NCBI GenBank assembly: GCA_037443705.1 | Contig: JBBINV010000010.1 | Coordinates: 1,224-65,223, forward strand | DNA from: Betaproteobacteria bacterium | GTDB lineage: Bacteria; Pseudomonadota; Gammaproteobacteria; Burkholderiales; SG8-39 | Direction of reading: 5' to 3' | Length of the DNA: 64,000 nt | In this document: piece after piece, positions 28,649-37,264 of the stretch | Numbering within the stretch: the stretch's first letter is position 1 | How the letters are laid out: every line of letters begins with the position of its first letter | The notes under the pieces: model-generated | Database searches by the model: none | The model's input: the letters and a program-made list of their open reading frames with translations, nothing else | Told to the model about the DNA's origin: nothing | Position numbers and translations under genes: made by a program

Positions 28649-29127
28649 GCGCCGCGGCGTTCCCGATCGAAGGCGGCTGCGACTGCCGCGCGGTGCGCTA
28701 TCGCATGACGGGCGCGCCGATGTTCGTGCATTGCTGCCATTGCCGCTGGTGCCAGCGCGAGTCCGGCGCGGCGTTCGCGCTGAACGCGCTGATCGAGGCC
28801 GACCGCGTGGTCCTGCTCGCGGGCGAGCCGGAGGTAGTCGATACGCCCTCGGCGAGCGGCAAGGGGCAGAAGATCGCGCGCTGCCCGAATTGCCGCATCG
28901 CCCTGTGGAGCAACTACGCGGGCGCGGGCGAGAGGATGCGCTTCGTGCGCGTGGGCACGCTCGACGACCCGGACCGGTGCCCGCCCGACATTCACATCTA
29001 TACGTCCACCAAGCAGCCCTGGGTGGTGCTGCCGCCCGGGACGCCCGCGGTGCCGGAGTACTACGACCGCGACAGGTACTGGCCCGCGGCGAGCCTCGAG
29101 CGGCGGCGGGCGTTGCTCGGACGCTAG
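28645..29127 (+). CDS. GFA family protein (second, divergent paralog)
   Basis: 160 aa from ATG 28645 (ATGA overlap with the previous stop): 'GGCDCRAVRY...VHCCHCRWCQRESG...ARCPNCRIAL'. Confidence 0.85.
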   Translation: MSAAAFPIEGGCDCRAVRYRMTGAPMFVHCCHCRWCQRESGAAFALNALIEADRVVLLAGEPEVVDTPSASGKGQKIARCPNCRIALWSNYAGAGERMRFVRVGTLDDPDRCPPDIHIYTSTKQPWVVLPPGTPAVPEYYDRDRYWPAASLERRRALLGR

Positions 29128-29337
29128 ACTCGCCACGGATCTTGAGGACGTTCTCGCCCGCCCCGGCGAGCCTGCGGCCGACGAGGGCGAGCGCGACCGC
29201 GAGCCCGAAGACGGGGAGCAGGATGTGCGCAGGGAGCTTGCGCGAGGACACGAACCCGGCTGCGCGCTTCGCGTCCGCCTGCACGCGCAGGCGCCCGGCG
29301 CGGCAGCCCGCGGTGAACTCGGCGTGCGTTGGGGCGC

Positions 29338-29904
29338 TCATCGCTTGGGGTGGCGCCGCGCGCGCCGCTTTCGCGCCCGCGCGCGCCAGGCGAGGATCAC
29401 GTAGGCGCGCCACCCGAGCTGAACCGCCGCGTAGCCGAGGATCGCAAGGGTCACCGCAAGGGCCGGAAGCCCCAGCGCGAGCGGCTTGCCGAGCGCGAGC
29501 ATCCAGTCGAGCAGCGCTCGCAGCGACTCGCCCCAGTCCGCCCAGTTCCACTCGAAGGGCTGGATGCCGGCGCGGTCCCGGTTGCCGCCGAGCAGGAGCT
29601 TGCCGTACTCGTACGCGATCACGTAGAGCGGCACGATCGTGAAGGGATTGGTGTACAAGGTGACGATCAGCGCCACGGGAATGTTCTTCTTCAGCGGGAT
29701 CGCGAGCAGGAGCGCCGTGAGCATCTGCAGCGGCCCGGGGACGAGCCCCGAGAACAGCCCGATCGCCACCGCGCCCGCCACCGAGTCGCGGTTGAGGTGC
29801 CAGAGGTTCGAGTGCTGCAGCCACGAGCCGAAGCGCACGACCCATTTGTTCGCGCGCACCTGGGCAGCGTCGGGCAGGAACCGGCGGATGAACTTTCTGG
29901 GCAT
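29338..29904 (-). CDS. DUF2062 domain-containing membrane protein
   Basis: 188 aa 'MPRKFIRRFLPDAAQVRANKW...NRDSVAGAVAIGLFSGLVPGPLQMLTALLLAIPLKKNIPVAL' is the typical DUF2062 pattern. It is the C-terminal part of track ORF 29338..31134. Confidence 0.8.
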   Translation of the reverse strand: MPRKFIRRFLPDAAQVRANKWVVRFGSWLQHSNLWHLNRDSVAGAVAIGLFSGLVPGPLQMLTALLLAIPLKKNIPVALIVTLYTNPFTIVPLYVIAYEYGKLLLGGNRDRAGIQPFEWNWADWGESLRALLDWMLALGKPLALGLPALAVTLAILGYAAVQLGWRAYVILAWRARARKRRARRHPKR

Positions 29905-29967
29905 CGAAGCGGGCCGTTGCCGCAAGTCTAGCGCGCGCGGCGCTCTGATACACTGCGCGCGCCCGCC

Positions 29968-31674
29968 ATGAAGAAGACGCTCCGGTACGGCGATTTCCTC
30001 GGAGTCGTGCGCCTGCGGCAGCGCGCGATCAGCTACAACGACGTCGTGCGCATCGAGCATCCGCCGCGGCGCCCGCGATTGCGCCCGCGCGACGTCTACC
30101 GCCTGATCACGCCTTACCTGGCGCCGAAGGCGCTCGAGCAGATGCGCGCGGTGCTGCCGATCGCGCTGTTCCTCGCGGTGTTCCAGCTGCTGGTGCTTCG
30201 CGCCGGGGTCGAGGGGCCGCTCGCGATCGCGCTCGGCATCGTCGCGGTGATCGCGGGCCTGATGTGCTTCATGGAAGGGGTGCGGCTGGGTCTCATGCCT
30301 TTCGCCGAGAACATCGGCTATCTGCTTCCGCAGCGCGCGCGGCCTTCCACCGTGCTCGTGATCGCGTTTGCGGTCGGGGTGCTCGCGACACTCGCCGAGC
30401 CGGCGATCGGCGCCCTCCAGGCCGCGGGCAGCCTCACCGACCCGAAGCGCGCGCCGCTCCTCGCGAAGGTCCTGTCGCAGCACTCGGGCGCGCTCGTGCT
30501 CGCGGTCGGCCTGGGGGTGGGCGCGGCGGTGGTGCTCGGGATCCTGCGCGTGATCTACAACCTGCGCCTGAAGACGATCGTGATCGTGACGCTGCTGCCG
30601 TGCCTGGGGCTCACCGCGTGGTTCGCCGCGGATCCGCGTCTCGCGCCGGTGCTGGGGCTCGCCTGGGACAGCGGCGCGATCACCACCGGGCCGGTCACGG
30701 TGCCGCTCGTTCTCGCGCTCGGCATCGGCGTCGCGAACGCGTCGGGCGAGGAAGACAACCCGCTCTGCGGCTTCGGCATCGTGACGCTGGCTTCGCTCTT
30801 TCCCGCGATCGCGGTGATGCTGCTCGTGCTCGGCGTGGCGCCGCAGGACGTTGCTCCCTCCGCGCCCGCGGCCGTCGCGGCGCCGTCCTGGCACGAGCAG
30901 ACGCCGCAGGCCGAGGCGATCGGCGCGCTGCGCGCGATCCTTCCGCTCACGCTCTTTCTGTGGATCGTGCAGCGGGTGCTGCTCGGCGAGCGATTGAAGG
31001 AGGCGCGCTTCGTCGGCTACGGCATCGTCATGGCGGTGCTCGGCATGCTGCTGTTCAACCTGGGGCTCGCCTGGGGCCTCGCGCCGCTCGGAAGCCAGGC
31101 CGGAGGGCTGGTGCCGGCGGCATTCAGCGCGCATCCCGGCGCCGCCGGCTCGCCGCTCTACGGTTACGGCGCGGGGATCGCGGTGGCGCTCGCGTTCGCG
31201 GCGCTGCTCGGCCTGGGCGCGACGCTGGCGGAGCCCGCGCTGCTTGCGATGGGGATCACGGTGGAGAACCTCACGGACGGCGCGTTCCGGCGAGGCATTC
31301 TCGTGTACACCGTGGCGGTGGGCGTGGCGCTCGGCACCGCGCTCGGCGTGGCCAAGATCGCGTTCGGCCTGCCGCTTGCGACGCTGCTGCTTCCGGCTTA
31401 CGTGATCGCGCTTGCGATGACCGCGGTCTCGAGCGAGGAATACGTCAACCTCGCCTGGGACAGCGCAGGGGTGACCACCGGGCCGGTGACGGTGCCGCTC
31501 GTGCTCGCGCTGGGCCTCGGGCTCGGGAAATCGGTCGACGCGGTGGACGGTTTCGGTGTGCTCGCGATGGCCTCGGTCGGCCCGATCGTAACGGTGCTCG
31601 CGACGGGACTGTGGATCCGGCTGCGCGAGGCGCGCGAGGCGCGCCGCGCGGCGCTCGCAAGGGAGGCGGCATGA
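29968..31674 (+). CDS. DUF1538 family membrane protein (internally duplicated)
   Basis: 568-aa polytopic protein. The motif 'WDSGAITTGPVTVPLVLALGIG' (about nt 30664) is repeated as 'WDSAGVTTGPVTVPLVLALGLG' (about nt 31456). Confidence 0.8.
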   Translation: MKKTLRYGDFLGVVRLRQRAISYNDVVRIEHPPRRPRLRPRDVYRLITPYLAPKALEQMRAVLPIALFLAVFQLLVLRAGVEGPLAIALGIVAVIAGLMCFMEGVRLGLMPFAENIGYLLPQRARPSTVLVIAFAVGVLATLAEPAIGALQAAGSLTDPKRAPLLAKVLSQHSGALVLAVGLGVGAAVVLGILRVIYNLRLKTIVIVTLLPCLGLTAWFAADPRLAPVLGLAWDSGAITTGPVTVPLVLALGIGVANASGEEDNPLCGFGIVTLASLFPAIAVMLLVLGVAPQDVAPSAPAAVAAPSWHEQTPQAEAIGALRAILPLTLFLWIVQRVLLGERLKEARFVGYGIVMAVLGMLLFNLGLAWGLAPLGSQAGGLVPAAFSAHPGAAGSPLYGYGAGIAVALAFAALLGLGATLAEPALLAMGITVENLTDGAFRRGILVYTVAVGVALGTALGVAKIAFGLPLATLLLPAYVIALAMTAVSSEEYVNLAWDSAGVTTGPVTVPLVLALGLGLGKSVDAVDGFGVLAMASVGPIVTVLATGLWIRLREAREARRAALAREAA

Positions 31675-32042
31675 GCACGGCGAAGGGGGAATTCGTGGTG
31701 CTGACCGACGCGGTGCTGATCACCTGCATCGTGCAGCGCGGCGCAGCCGACACGGTGATCGAGGCGGCACTCAAGGTCGGGGCGCAGGGCGCGACCGTGT
31801 TCTACGCGCGCGGCACGGGCGTGCGCCAGCGCCACCTCGGCGTGCTCGGGGTGACCGTCAACGCGGAGAAAGAGGTGATCTACATCGTCGTGCCCTCGGA
31901 GCAGGCCGACCTCATCTTCGAGCGCGTGTTCGTCGCCGGGCAGCTCGACACGCCCGGCATGGGCATGATCTACATGTCGCCGCTCGACAAGATGGCGACC
32001 TACGTGCCGCCCGCGGTGGTGGAGCGCTTCCTTGGCGGCTGA
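31671..32042 (+). CDS. P-II (GlnB)-like family protein 1
   Basis: 123 aa. ATG overlaps the DUF1538 stop (ATGA). The beta-alpha-beta pattern is 'LITCIVQRGAADTVIEAALKVGAQGATVFYARGTG...EKEVIYIVVPSEQADLIFERV'. Confidence 0.7.
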   Translation: MSTAKGEFVVLTDAVLITCIVQRGAADTVIEAALKVGAQGATVFYARGTGVRQRHLGVLGVTVNAEKEVIYIVVPSEQADLIFERVFVAGQLDTPGMGMIYMSPLDKMATYVPPAVVERFLGG

Positions 32043-32376
32043 GCGCCATAAGCTCATCACCTGCTTCCTCCCGGCCGGGCGCGCGGCCGAGGTGCTCGAG
32101 CGGCTGCGCAAGGAGCAGGGGATTTCCAGCACGCTCTACCACCACGCGCGCGGCGTGGGCGTCGGAACGCGGCGCGGGCACGCGCACCTTGCCTCGGAGC
32201 GCGAGGTGATTACGGTGCTCGCGCCCGAGGCGCGCGCCGACGAGCTGTTTCGCTTCCTCTACTTCGCGGCAGGGCTCGATGCGCCGAACACCGGCATGGT
32301 GTTCATCGAGCGGGTTCTGCGCGCCGCGCCGTTCGTGCTTCCGGAGGTTCCGGAAGCCAGGGAATCGACCCGATAG
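32032..32376 (+). CDS. P-II (GlnB)-like family protein 2
   Basis: 114 aa 'LITCFLPAGRAAEVLERLRKEQGISSTLYHHARGVG...REVITVLAPEARADELFRFL'. TTG start overlaps the end of the preceding gene, so the start is uncertain. Confidence 0.65.
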   Translation: MAAERHKLITCFLPAGRAAEVLERLRKEQGISSTLYHHARGVGVGTRRGHAHLASEREVITVLAPEARADELFRFLYFAAGLDAPNTGMVFIERVLRAAPFVLPEVPEARESTR

Positions 32377-32415
32377 GCGCTTCAACGTTTCGGCGCGCCG
32401 TGCGTTGATGGCGGG

Positions 32416-34722
32416 ATGACCGCCGTTCTCGTCGCCTTCGCCGCGGGCGTGGGCTGGCTTCAGGTTCAGGCCGGGCTGCCGGGGCCCGCATGGGTTGCGG
32501 CGCTGCCGTTCCTGGTTCTGGTTCCGTTGCGGGTCAGGTTCCTCGCGATTCCCGCCGCTTTTGCGGCCGGCTTCCTGTGGGCGGCCGGTTACGCGCACTG
32601 GAGGCTTGCCGACCGCCTCGCGCCGGAATTGGAGGGCCGGGACCTCGAGGTGGTCGGCGTGGTCGCGAGCCTGCCCGCGGCGGGCGAGCGCGCGCTGCGC
32701 TTCGAGCTCGACGTGGAATCCGCGCCCGCCGGGGTTCCGAAGAAGGTGCTGCTGTCGTGGTACCGCAGCCTTTGCGCCGGGGGAGAGGTCCCGATCGAGT
32801 GTTACCCCCATGCGGGCGAGCGCTGGCGATTCACCGTGCGCCTGAAGCGCCCGCACGGCAACGTCAACCCGCACGGGTTCGACTACGAGTGCTGGCTCCT
32901 CGAGCGGGGAATCGGCGCGACCGGGTACGTGAGGCCGAGGGCGCAGCCGTCGAACCTGGGGATTCGCGGCAGTTTCCTGGACCGGGTCGAGCAAACCCGC
33001 GAAATCGTGAGAGACCGCTTCAAGACCCGCCTCGGAGAAACGCCCGCCGCGGGGATCCTCGTCGCGCTCGCGGTAGGCGACCAGCGCTCGATCTCGGCGG
33101 AGGAGTGGCGGCTGTTCAACCGCACCGGGGTCACGCACCTGATGTCGATTTCGGGCCTGCATGTGACCATGGTCTCGGGGCTCGCGGCGTGGCTCGCAGG
33201 GATTGTGTGGCTGCGGCACCCCCGCCTCGCGCTGCACGTCCCGGCGCGCCGCATCGCGGCGATCGCGGCGATCGGCGCGGCGTTCGGTTACGCTCTCCTT
33301 TCCGGCTTCGCGGTTCCGGCGCAGCGCACGTTCTGGATGGTGACCGTGGTTGCGGCTGCGCTCTGGTCCGGGAGCCGCGTCTCGGCGTTCCGCGCCCTGT
33401 CGCTCGCGGCGGCGCTGGTGCTCGCGTTCGATCCGTGGGCCGTGCTCGCACCGGGTTTCTGGCTTTCGTTCGGCGCCGTGGGACTGATCTTCTACGTCTT
33501 GAACGAGAAACCCGAATCCAGGCCGGTGCAATGGCTCCGCGTGCAGTGGGCGATTACGGTGGGGCTCGCGCCGGCGGCGCTGTTTCTTTTCGCGCAGATC
33601 CCGGTGATCGGCCCGCTCGCGAACGCGGTGGCGATCCCGCTCGTCTCGGCGGTGATCACGCCGCTCGCGCTCGGCGCCGCGGTGGTGCCGCTGGATTTCC
33701 CGGTGGACGCGGCGGCGTGGCTGATCGGGCGGCTGCTCGAGTTCCTCGAGTGGTGTGCGTCGCTGCCGCTCGCGCTCTGGCAGCAGCACGCGCCCCCCTT
33801 GTGGAGCGTGCTCCTCGGTCTCGCGGGGGTCGCGTGGCTGCTCGCGCCGCGCGGCGTTCCCTGGCGCGCGAGCGGTCTCGCGCTGATGCTCCCCGCCGCG
33901 GCGCTGCCGGCGCCGGCGCCCGCGCCGGGCGAGGCCTGGATTACGACGCTCGACGCGGGCCAGGGACTCGCGGTGGTGGTGCGAACGGCGAACCGCGCGC
34001 TGCTTTACGACGCCGGCCCGCAGCTGGGTCCCGACGCCGACGCGGGCGACCGGATCGTGGCGCCGTTCCTGCGCGCGACCGGCGTCTCGCGGCTCGACGC
34101 GATGATCGTGACGCACGACGACATGGACCACGCCGGCGGCGCGGCCTCCGTGCTCGCCGACTTCGACGCGGACGAGTTCCTGTCCTCGCTCGCCGCTTCG
34201 CACCCCGTGCACGCCCTGGTGGGCGCGCCGCGGCCGTGCCGGCGCGGGATGCGCTGGTCGTGGGACGGCGTCGCCTTCGAGATCCTGCATCCGGCGCCCG
34301 GCACCCCGGCGCGCCGCGCCAACGATCGCAGTTGCGTGCTGAAGGTATCGGCGGGGGGAAGAGGGATGCTGCTGACCGGCGACATCGAAGCCTCGACGGA
34401 GGAAAGACTCGTTTCGTTCGAAAAGATCAGATCCGACGTCCTGCTCGTGCCGCATCACGGCAGCCGCACTTCGTCGAGCGAGCCGTTCCTCGATGCGGTG
34501 CGGCCGGCCGCCGCGGTGCTCGCGGCGGGCTATCGCAACCGCTTCGGTCATCCCGATCCGGGCGTGCTCGAGCGCTACGCGCGGCGCGGCATCCGCGTGC
34601 TGCGGACCGACCTGGACGGAGCGGTCCTGGTTCGTCTCGGTTCGGAAGGATTTCGGGTGTCGGCACAGCGCGGCATCCGCACGCGCTACTGGAGTGCTCT
34701 CCCGCAAAGCCGGGGCATATAA
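32416..34722 (+). CDS. comEC: DNA internalization-related competence protein ComEC/Rec2
   Basis: 768 aa with N-terminal DUF4131 region, competence domain 'FNRTGVTHLMSISGLHV', and C-terminal metallo-beta-lactamase 'VTHDDMDHAGG'. Confidence 0.9.
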   Translation: MTAVLVAFAAGVGWLQVQAGLPGPAWVAALPFLVLVPLRVRFLAIPAAFAAGFLWAAGYAHWRLADRLAPELEGRDLEVVGVVASLPAAGERALRFELDVESAPAGVPKKVLLSWYRSLCAGGEVPIECYPHAGERWRFTVRLKRPHGNVNPHGFDYECWLLERGIGATGYVRPRAQPSNLGIRGSFLDRVEQTREIVRDRFKTRLGETPAAGILVALAVGDQRSISAEEWRLFNRTGVTHLMSISGLHVTMVSGLAAWLAGIVWLRHPRLALHVPARRIAAIAAIGAAFGYALLSGFAVPAQRTFWMVTVVAAALWSGSRVSAFRALSLAAALVLAFDPWAVLAPGFWLSFGAVGLIFYVLNEKPESRPVQWLRVQWAITVGLAPAALFLFAQIPVIGPLANAVAIPLVSAVITPLALGAAVVPLDFPVDAAAWLIGRLLEFLEWCASLPLALWQQHAPPLWSVLLGLAGVAWLLAPRGVPWRASGLALMLPAAALPAPAPAPGEAWITTLDAGQGLAVVVRTANRALLYDAGPQLGPDADAGDRIVAPFLRATGVSRLDAMIVTHDDMDHAGGAASVLADFDADEFLSSLAASHPVHALVGAPRPCRRGMRWSWDGVAFEILHPAPGTPARRANDRSCVLKVSAGGRGMLLTGDIEASTEERLVSFEKIRSDVLLVPHHGSRTSSSEPFLDAVRPAAAVLAAGYRNRFGHPDPGVLERYARRGIRVLRTDLDGAVLVRLGSEGFRVSAQRGIRTRYWSALPQSRGI

Positions 34723-34768
34723 TGGCCGGGCGGAAATTCCCGCGTTCACGCTCAGGGAGGAGGACATC

Positions 34769-34990
34769 ATGGCGAAGAAGGCTGCGGCCGCGGTCTACCG
34801 GGTCACCGACGTCATCGGCACGAGCACGGCTTCGTGGGAGGACGCGGCGCGCAACGCGGTGAAGACCGCGTCGAAATCGCTGCGCGACCTGCGCATCGCC
34901 GAGGTCGTCAAGCTCGACGTGAAGGTGGAGAACGGCCGGGTCACGCAGTTCCGCACGCGCCTCGCGCTCTCGTTCAAGTACGGCTCCTGA
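34769..34990 (+). CDS. Dodecin family flavin-binding protein
   Basis: 73 aa 'VYRVTDVIGTSTASWEDAARNAVKTASKSLRDLRIAEVVKLDVKVENGRV'. SD GGAGGAGG lies upstream. Confidence 0.8.
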   Translation: MAKKAAAAVYRVTDVIGTSTASWEDAARNAVKTASKSLRDLRIAEVVKLDVKVENGRVTQFRTRLALSFKYGS

Positions 34991-34995
34991 GAGGG

Positions 34996-35850
34996 GTGGC
35001 GGAAGCCCGTCGACGCAGGCTGCGGTGCGCCTCGAGCGCGGGGCTGCACCGCCTCTCGTACCTGGAGTGGGGCGACCCGGCCAACGACCGGGTGCTCGTG
35101 TGCGTGCACGGGCTCACGCGCTGCGCGCGCGACTTCGAGCGCTTCGCGCACGCGATGGCCGACCGCTACCGCGTCGTCTGCCCCGACGTCGCAGGGCGTG
35201 GCGACTCCGACTGGCTCGCCGATCCGAAACTCTACGCGCTCCCGCAGTACATCGCCGACATGGTGACGCTGATTGCGCGCCTGGACGTCGAGACCGTGCA
35301 CTGGGTGGGGACCTCGATGGGCGGCCTGATCGGCATGGCGCTTGCGGCGCAGAGCGACTCGCCGGTCGCGCGCCTGGTGATGAACGACGCCGGTCCCGTG
35401 ATCACCCGGGCGTCGCTCGAGCGCATCGGCGCCTATCTCGGAGCCGCGCCGGTGTTCCCCACGGTGGAGGCGGCGGAACAGTACGTGCGCGCGGTGAGCG
35501 CGCCCTTCGGCCCGCACAGCGACGCGCAGTGGCGCTTCCTCACCGAGATCGTTCTGCGGCCGAACCCGGGCGGCGGCTTTCGCATGCACTACGATCCCCG
35601 GATCGCCGAGCCCTTCCGTGCCGCGATGCCCGAAAACGATCTGGAGCTGTGGCCGCTCTACGACGCGATCCGCTGCCCCACGCTCGTCCTGCGCGGCGCG
35701 CACTCGGACCTCCTGACGCGCGCGACCTGCGACGAGATGGCCGCGCGCGGACCGAAGGCGAGGATCGCCGAGATCCCCGGCATCGGCCATGCGCCCACTT
35801 TGATGCACGACAGCCAGATTGCGCTCGTGCGCGGCTTTCTGCTTCAATAG
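34996..35850 (+). CDS. Alpha/beta hydrolase
   Basis: GTG 34996. 'VCVHGLTRCARDF' and nucleophile elbow 'WVGTSMGGLIG'. 284 aa. Confidence 0.85.
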   Translation: MAEARRRRLRCASSAGLHRLSYLEWGDPANDRVLVCVHGLTRCARDFERFAHAMADRYRVVCPDVAGRGDSDWLADPKLYALPQYIADMVTLIARLDVETVHWVGTSMGGLIGMALAAQSDSPVARLVMNDAGPVITRASLERIGAYLGAAPVFPTVEAAEQYVRAVSAPFGPHSDAQWRFLTEIVLRPNPGGGFRMHYDPRIAEPFRAAMPENDLELWPLYDAIRCPTLVLRGAHSDLLTRATCDEMAARGPKARIAEIPGIGHAPTLMHDSQIALVRGFLLQ

Positions 35851-35856
35851 CGCGGC

Positions 35857-36315
35857 ATGCGGACGTGGATGCTCGCTCTTCTTGTCGTGCCGATCGTTTC
35901 CCTCGCCGGCGTGACCGAGCACGCGCCGGCCGGCACGTTCCAGGAGACGTTCCTCGTGCTGCCCGAGGACGTCGCCGACGCCGCCAGGGCGAAGAAGCGC
36001 GTCATCGTCTTCTTCGAGCAGGAGGGCTGTCCCGCGTGCCTCCGGATGGCCAGGGAGACCTTCGCCGATGAAGGCATCGCGGCCCGCCTGCGGAGGGACT
36101 TCGTGCTCCTCGCGCTCGACACGTTCGGTGCGCGCGAGACCACGTGGCTCGATGGCCGGTCGCGCCCGGAGAAGGAGCTCGCGCGGCACCTCGGCATCCG
36201 CGGCACTCCGACGGTGATGATCCTGGACGAGCGCGGCCAGACCGCGCACCGCTTCGTGGGCTTTCGCGACGCGCGCGCATTCGGCGCGATTCTGGATTCT
36301 TCGGGACCCCGGTAG
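35857..36315 (+). CDS. Secreted thioredoxin-fold protein
   Basis: Signal peptide 'MRTWMLALLVVPIVSLAG', and CxxC 'EQEGCPACLRM'. 152 aa. Confidence 0.8.
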   Translation: MRTWMLALLVVPIVSLAGVTEHAPAGTFQETFLVLPEDVADAARAKKRVIVFFEQEGCPACLRMARETFADEGIAARLRRDFVLLALDTFGARETTWLDGRSRPEKELARHLGIRGTPTVMILDERGQTAHRFVGFRDARAFGAILDSSGPR

Positions 36316-36443
36316 CGCCCGAGGAGCATGCGGCCTTCGAGGCTGCTTCGGGTTCGAAGGCGGCACTTGCCGCGGTTGCTATGATGGCGCCGGGAGCGCC
36401 CGGCGCGATTGCCACGATCCCACCGGAAAGGAGAGTTCCCGCG

Positions 36444-37085
36444 GTGAAGGCCCTGAAACCGACCGAGCGCAGCCGGGTGCGGCGCCTGCCCAGACGCGCG
36501 CGCTACGACCGCGACACGCTCGACGCGATCCTCGACGCGGGACTCGTGTGCCACATCGGCTACGCGATCGGGGGACAGCCCTACGTCACGCCCACCGCCT
36601 ACTGGCGCGAGGGCGACGCGGTGTACTGGCACGGCTCGTCGAAGAGCCGGATGCTGCTCGCGCTCGAGAAGCGCCCCGAGGTCTGCTTCACGGTGACGAG
36701 CCTGGAGGGCCTGGTGCTTGCGCGCTCCGCGTTCCACATGTCGGTCAACTACCGCTCGGCGATGCTTTTCGGGCGGCCGCACAAGGTGGATGATCCGGCC
36801 GAGAAGCTCGAGAAGATGGAGGCGTTCGTGGAGCGGCTGTATCCCGGACACTGGAAGTCGCTTCGGCCCGTGAAGACCAGGGAGCTGAAGGCGATAACGG
36901 TCATGGGGCTGCGCATCGAGGAGGCTTCGGCCAAGGTTCGCACCGGCCCGCCGATCGACGAGCCCGGGGACTACGCGCTCCCGATCTGGGCGGGCGTGGT
37001 GCCGGTGCGCTTGACGCTCGGCGCACCGGCGGACGACGGGCGCCTCGCGCCGGGCACGGGCGGACCGCCGAGGGTGCGGTTATGA
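36444..37085 (+). CDS. Pyridoxamine 5'-phosphate oxidase family (flavin-binding split barrel) protein
   Basis: GTG 36444 lies 8 nt after SD GGAAAGGAGAG. 'RARYDRDTLDAILDAGLVCHIGYAIGGQPYVTPTAYWREGDAVYWHGS'. ATG 36381 is an alternative start. Confidence 0.75.
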   Translation: MKALKPTERSRVRRLPRRARYDRDTLDAILDAGLVCHIGYAIGGQPYVTPTAYWREGDAVYWHGSSKSRMLLALEKRPEVCFTVTSLEGLVLARSAFHMSVNYRSAMLFGRPHKVDDPAEKLEKMEAFVERLYPGHWKSLRPVKTRELKAITVMGLRIEEASAKVRTGPPIDEPGDYALPIWAGVVPVRLTLGAPADDGRLAPGTGGPPRVRL

Positions 37086-37264
37086 GCGACGTTTCGAAGA
37101 TCATTCTGAGGAATCTCGGAATCGAGATTCCGGCGGAACGGGCTGACGCCATCGCTCGCACGCTGGAGACGATGCTCGAGGCCGAGCGCGCGGCGACCGG
37201 CAGATTGCAATTCGAGCAGGAGCCTTCGGGTTTCCTTTCCGAGATCGAAAAGGAAATTCCGTGA
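37082..37264 (+). CDS. Small AtzG-like (DUF4089/GatC-like) protein
   Basis: 60 aa, ATGA-coupled to the upstream gene and GTGA-coupled to the downstream amidase. The size and position match the AtzG partner of AtzE-type amidases. Confidence 0.55.
   Translation: MSDVSKIILRNLGIEIPAERADAIARTLETMLEAERAATGRLQFEQEPSGFLSEIEKEIP

Noticed and set aside
29128-29341. A minus-strand ORF whose ATG overlaps the DUF2062 stop (ATGA at 29338-29341). It encodes 'MSAPTHAEFTAGCRAGRLRVQADAKRAAGFVSSRKLPAHILLPVFGLAVALALVGRRL...' with one TM-like segment.
   Set aside because: The frame has no stop for about 1.1 kb and would run antisense through both GFA genes. Only the first 70 or so codons lie in the intergenic gap. 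It cannot be supported without homology or expression data. It might be a small membrane protein if a sequencing error hides its stop.
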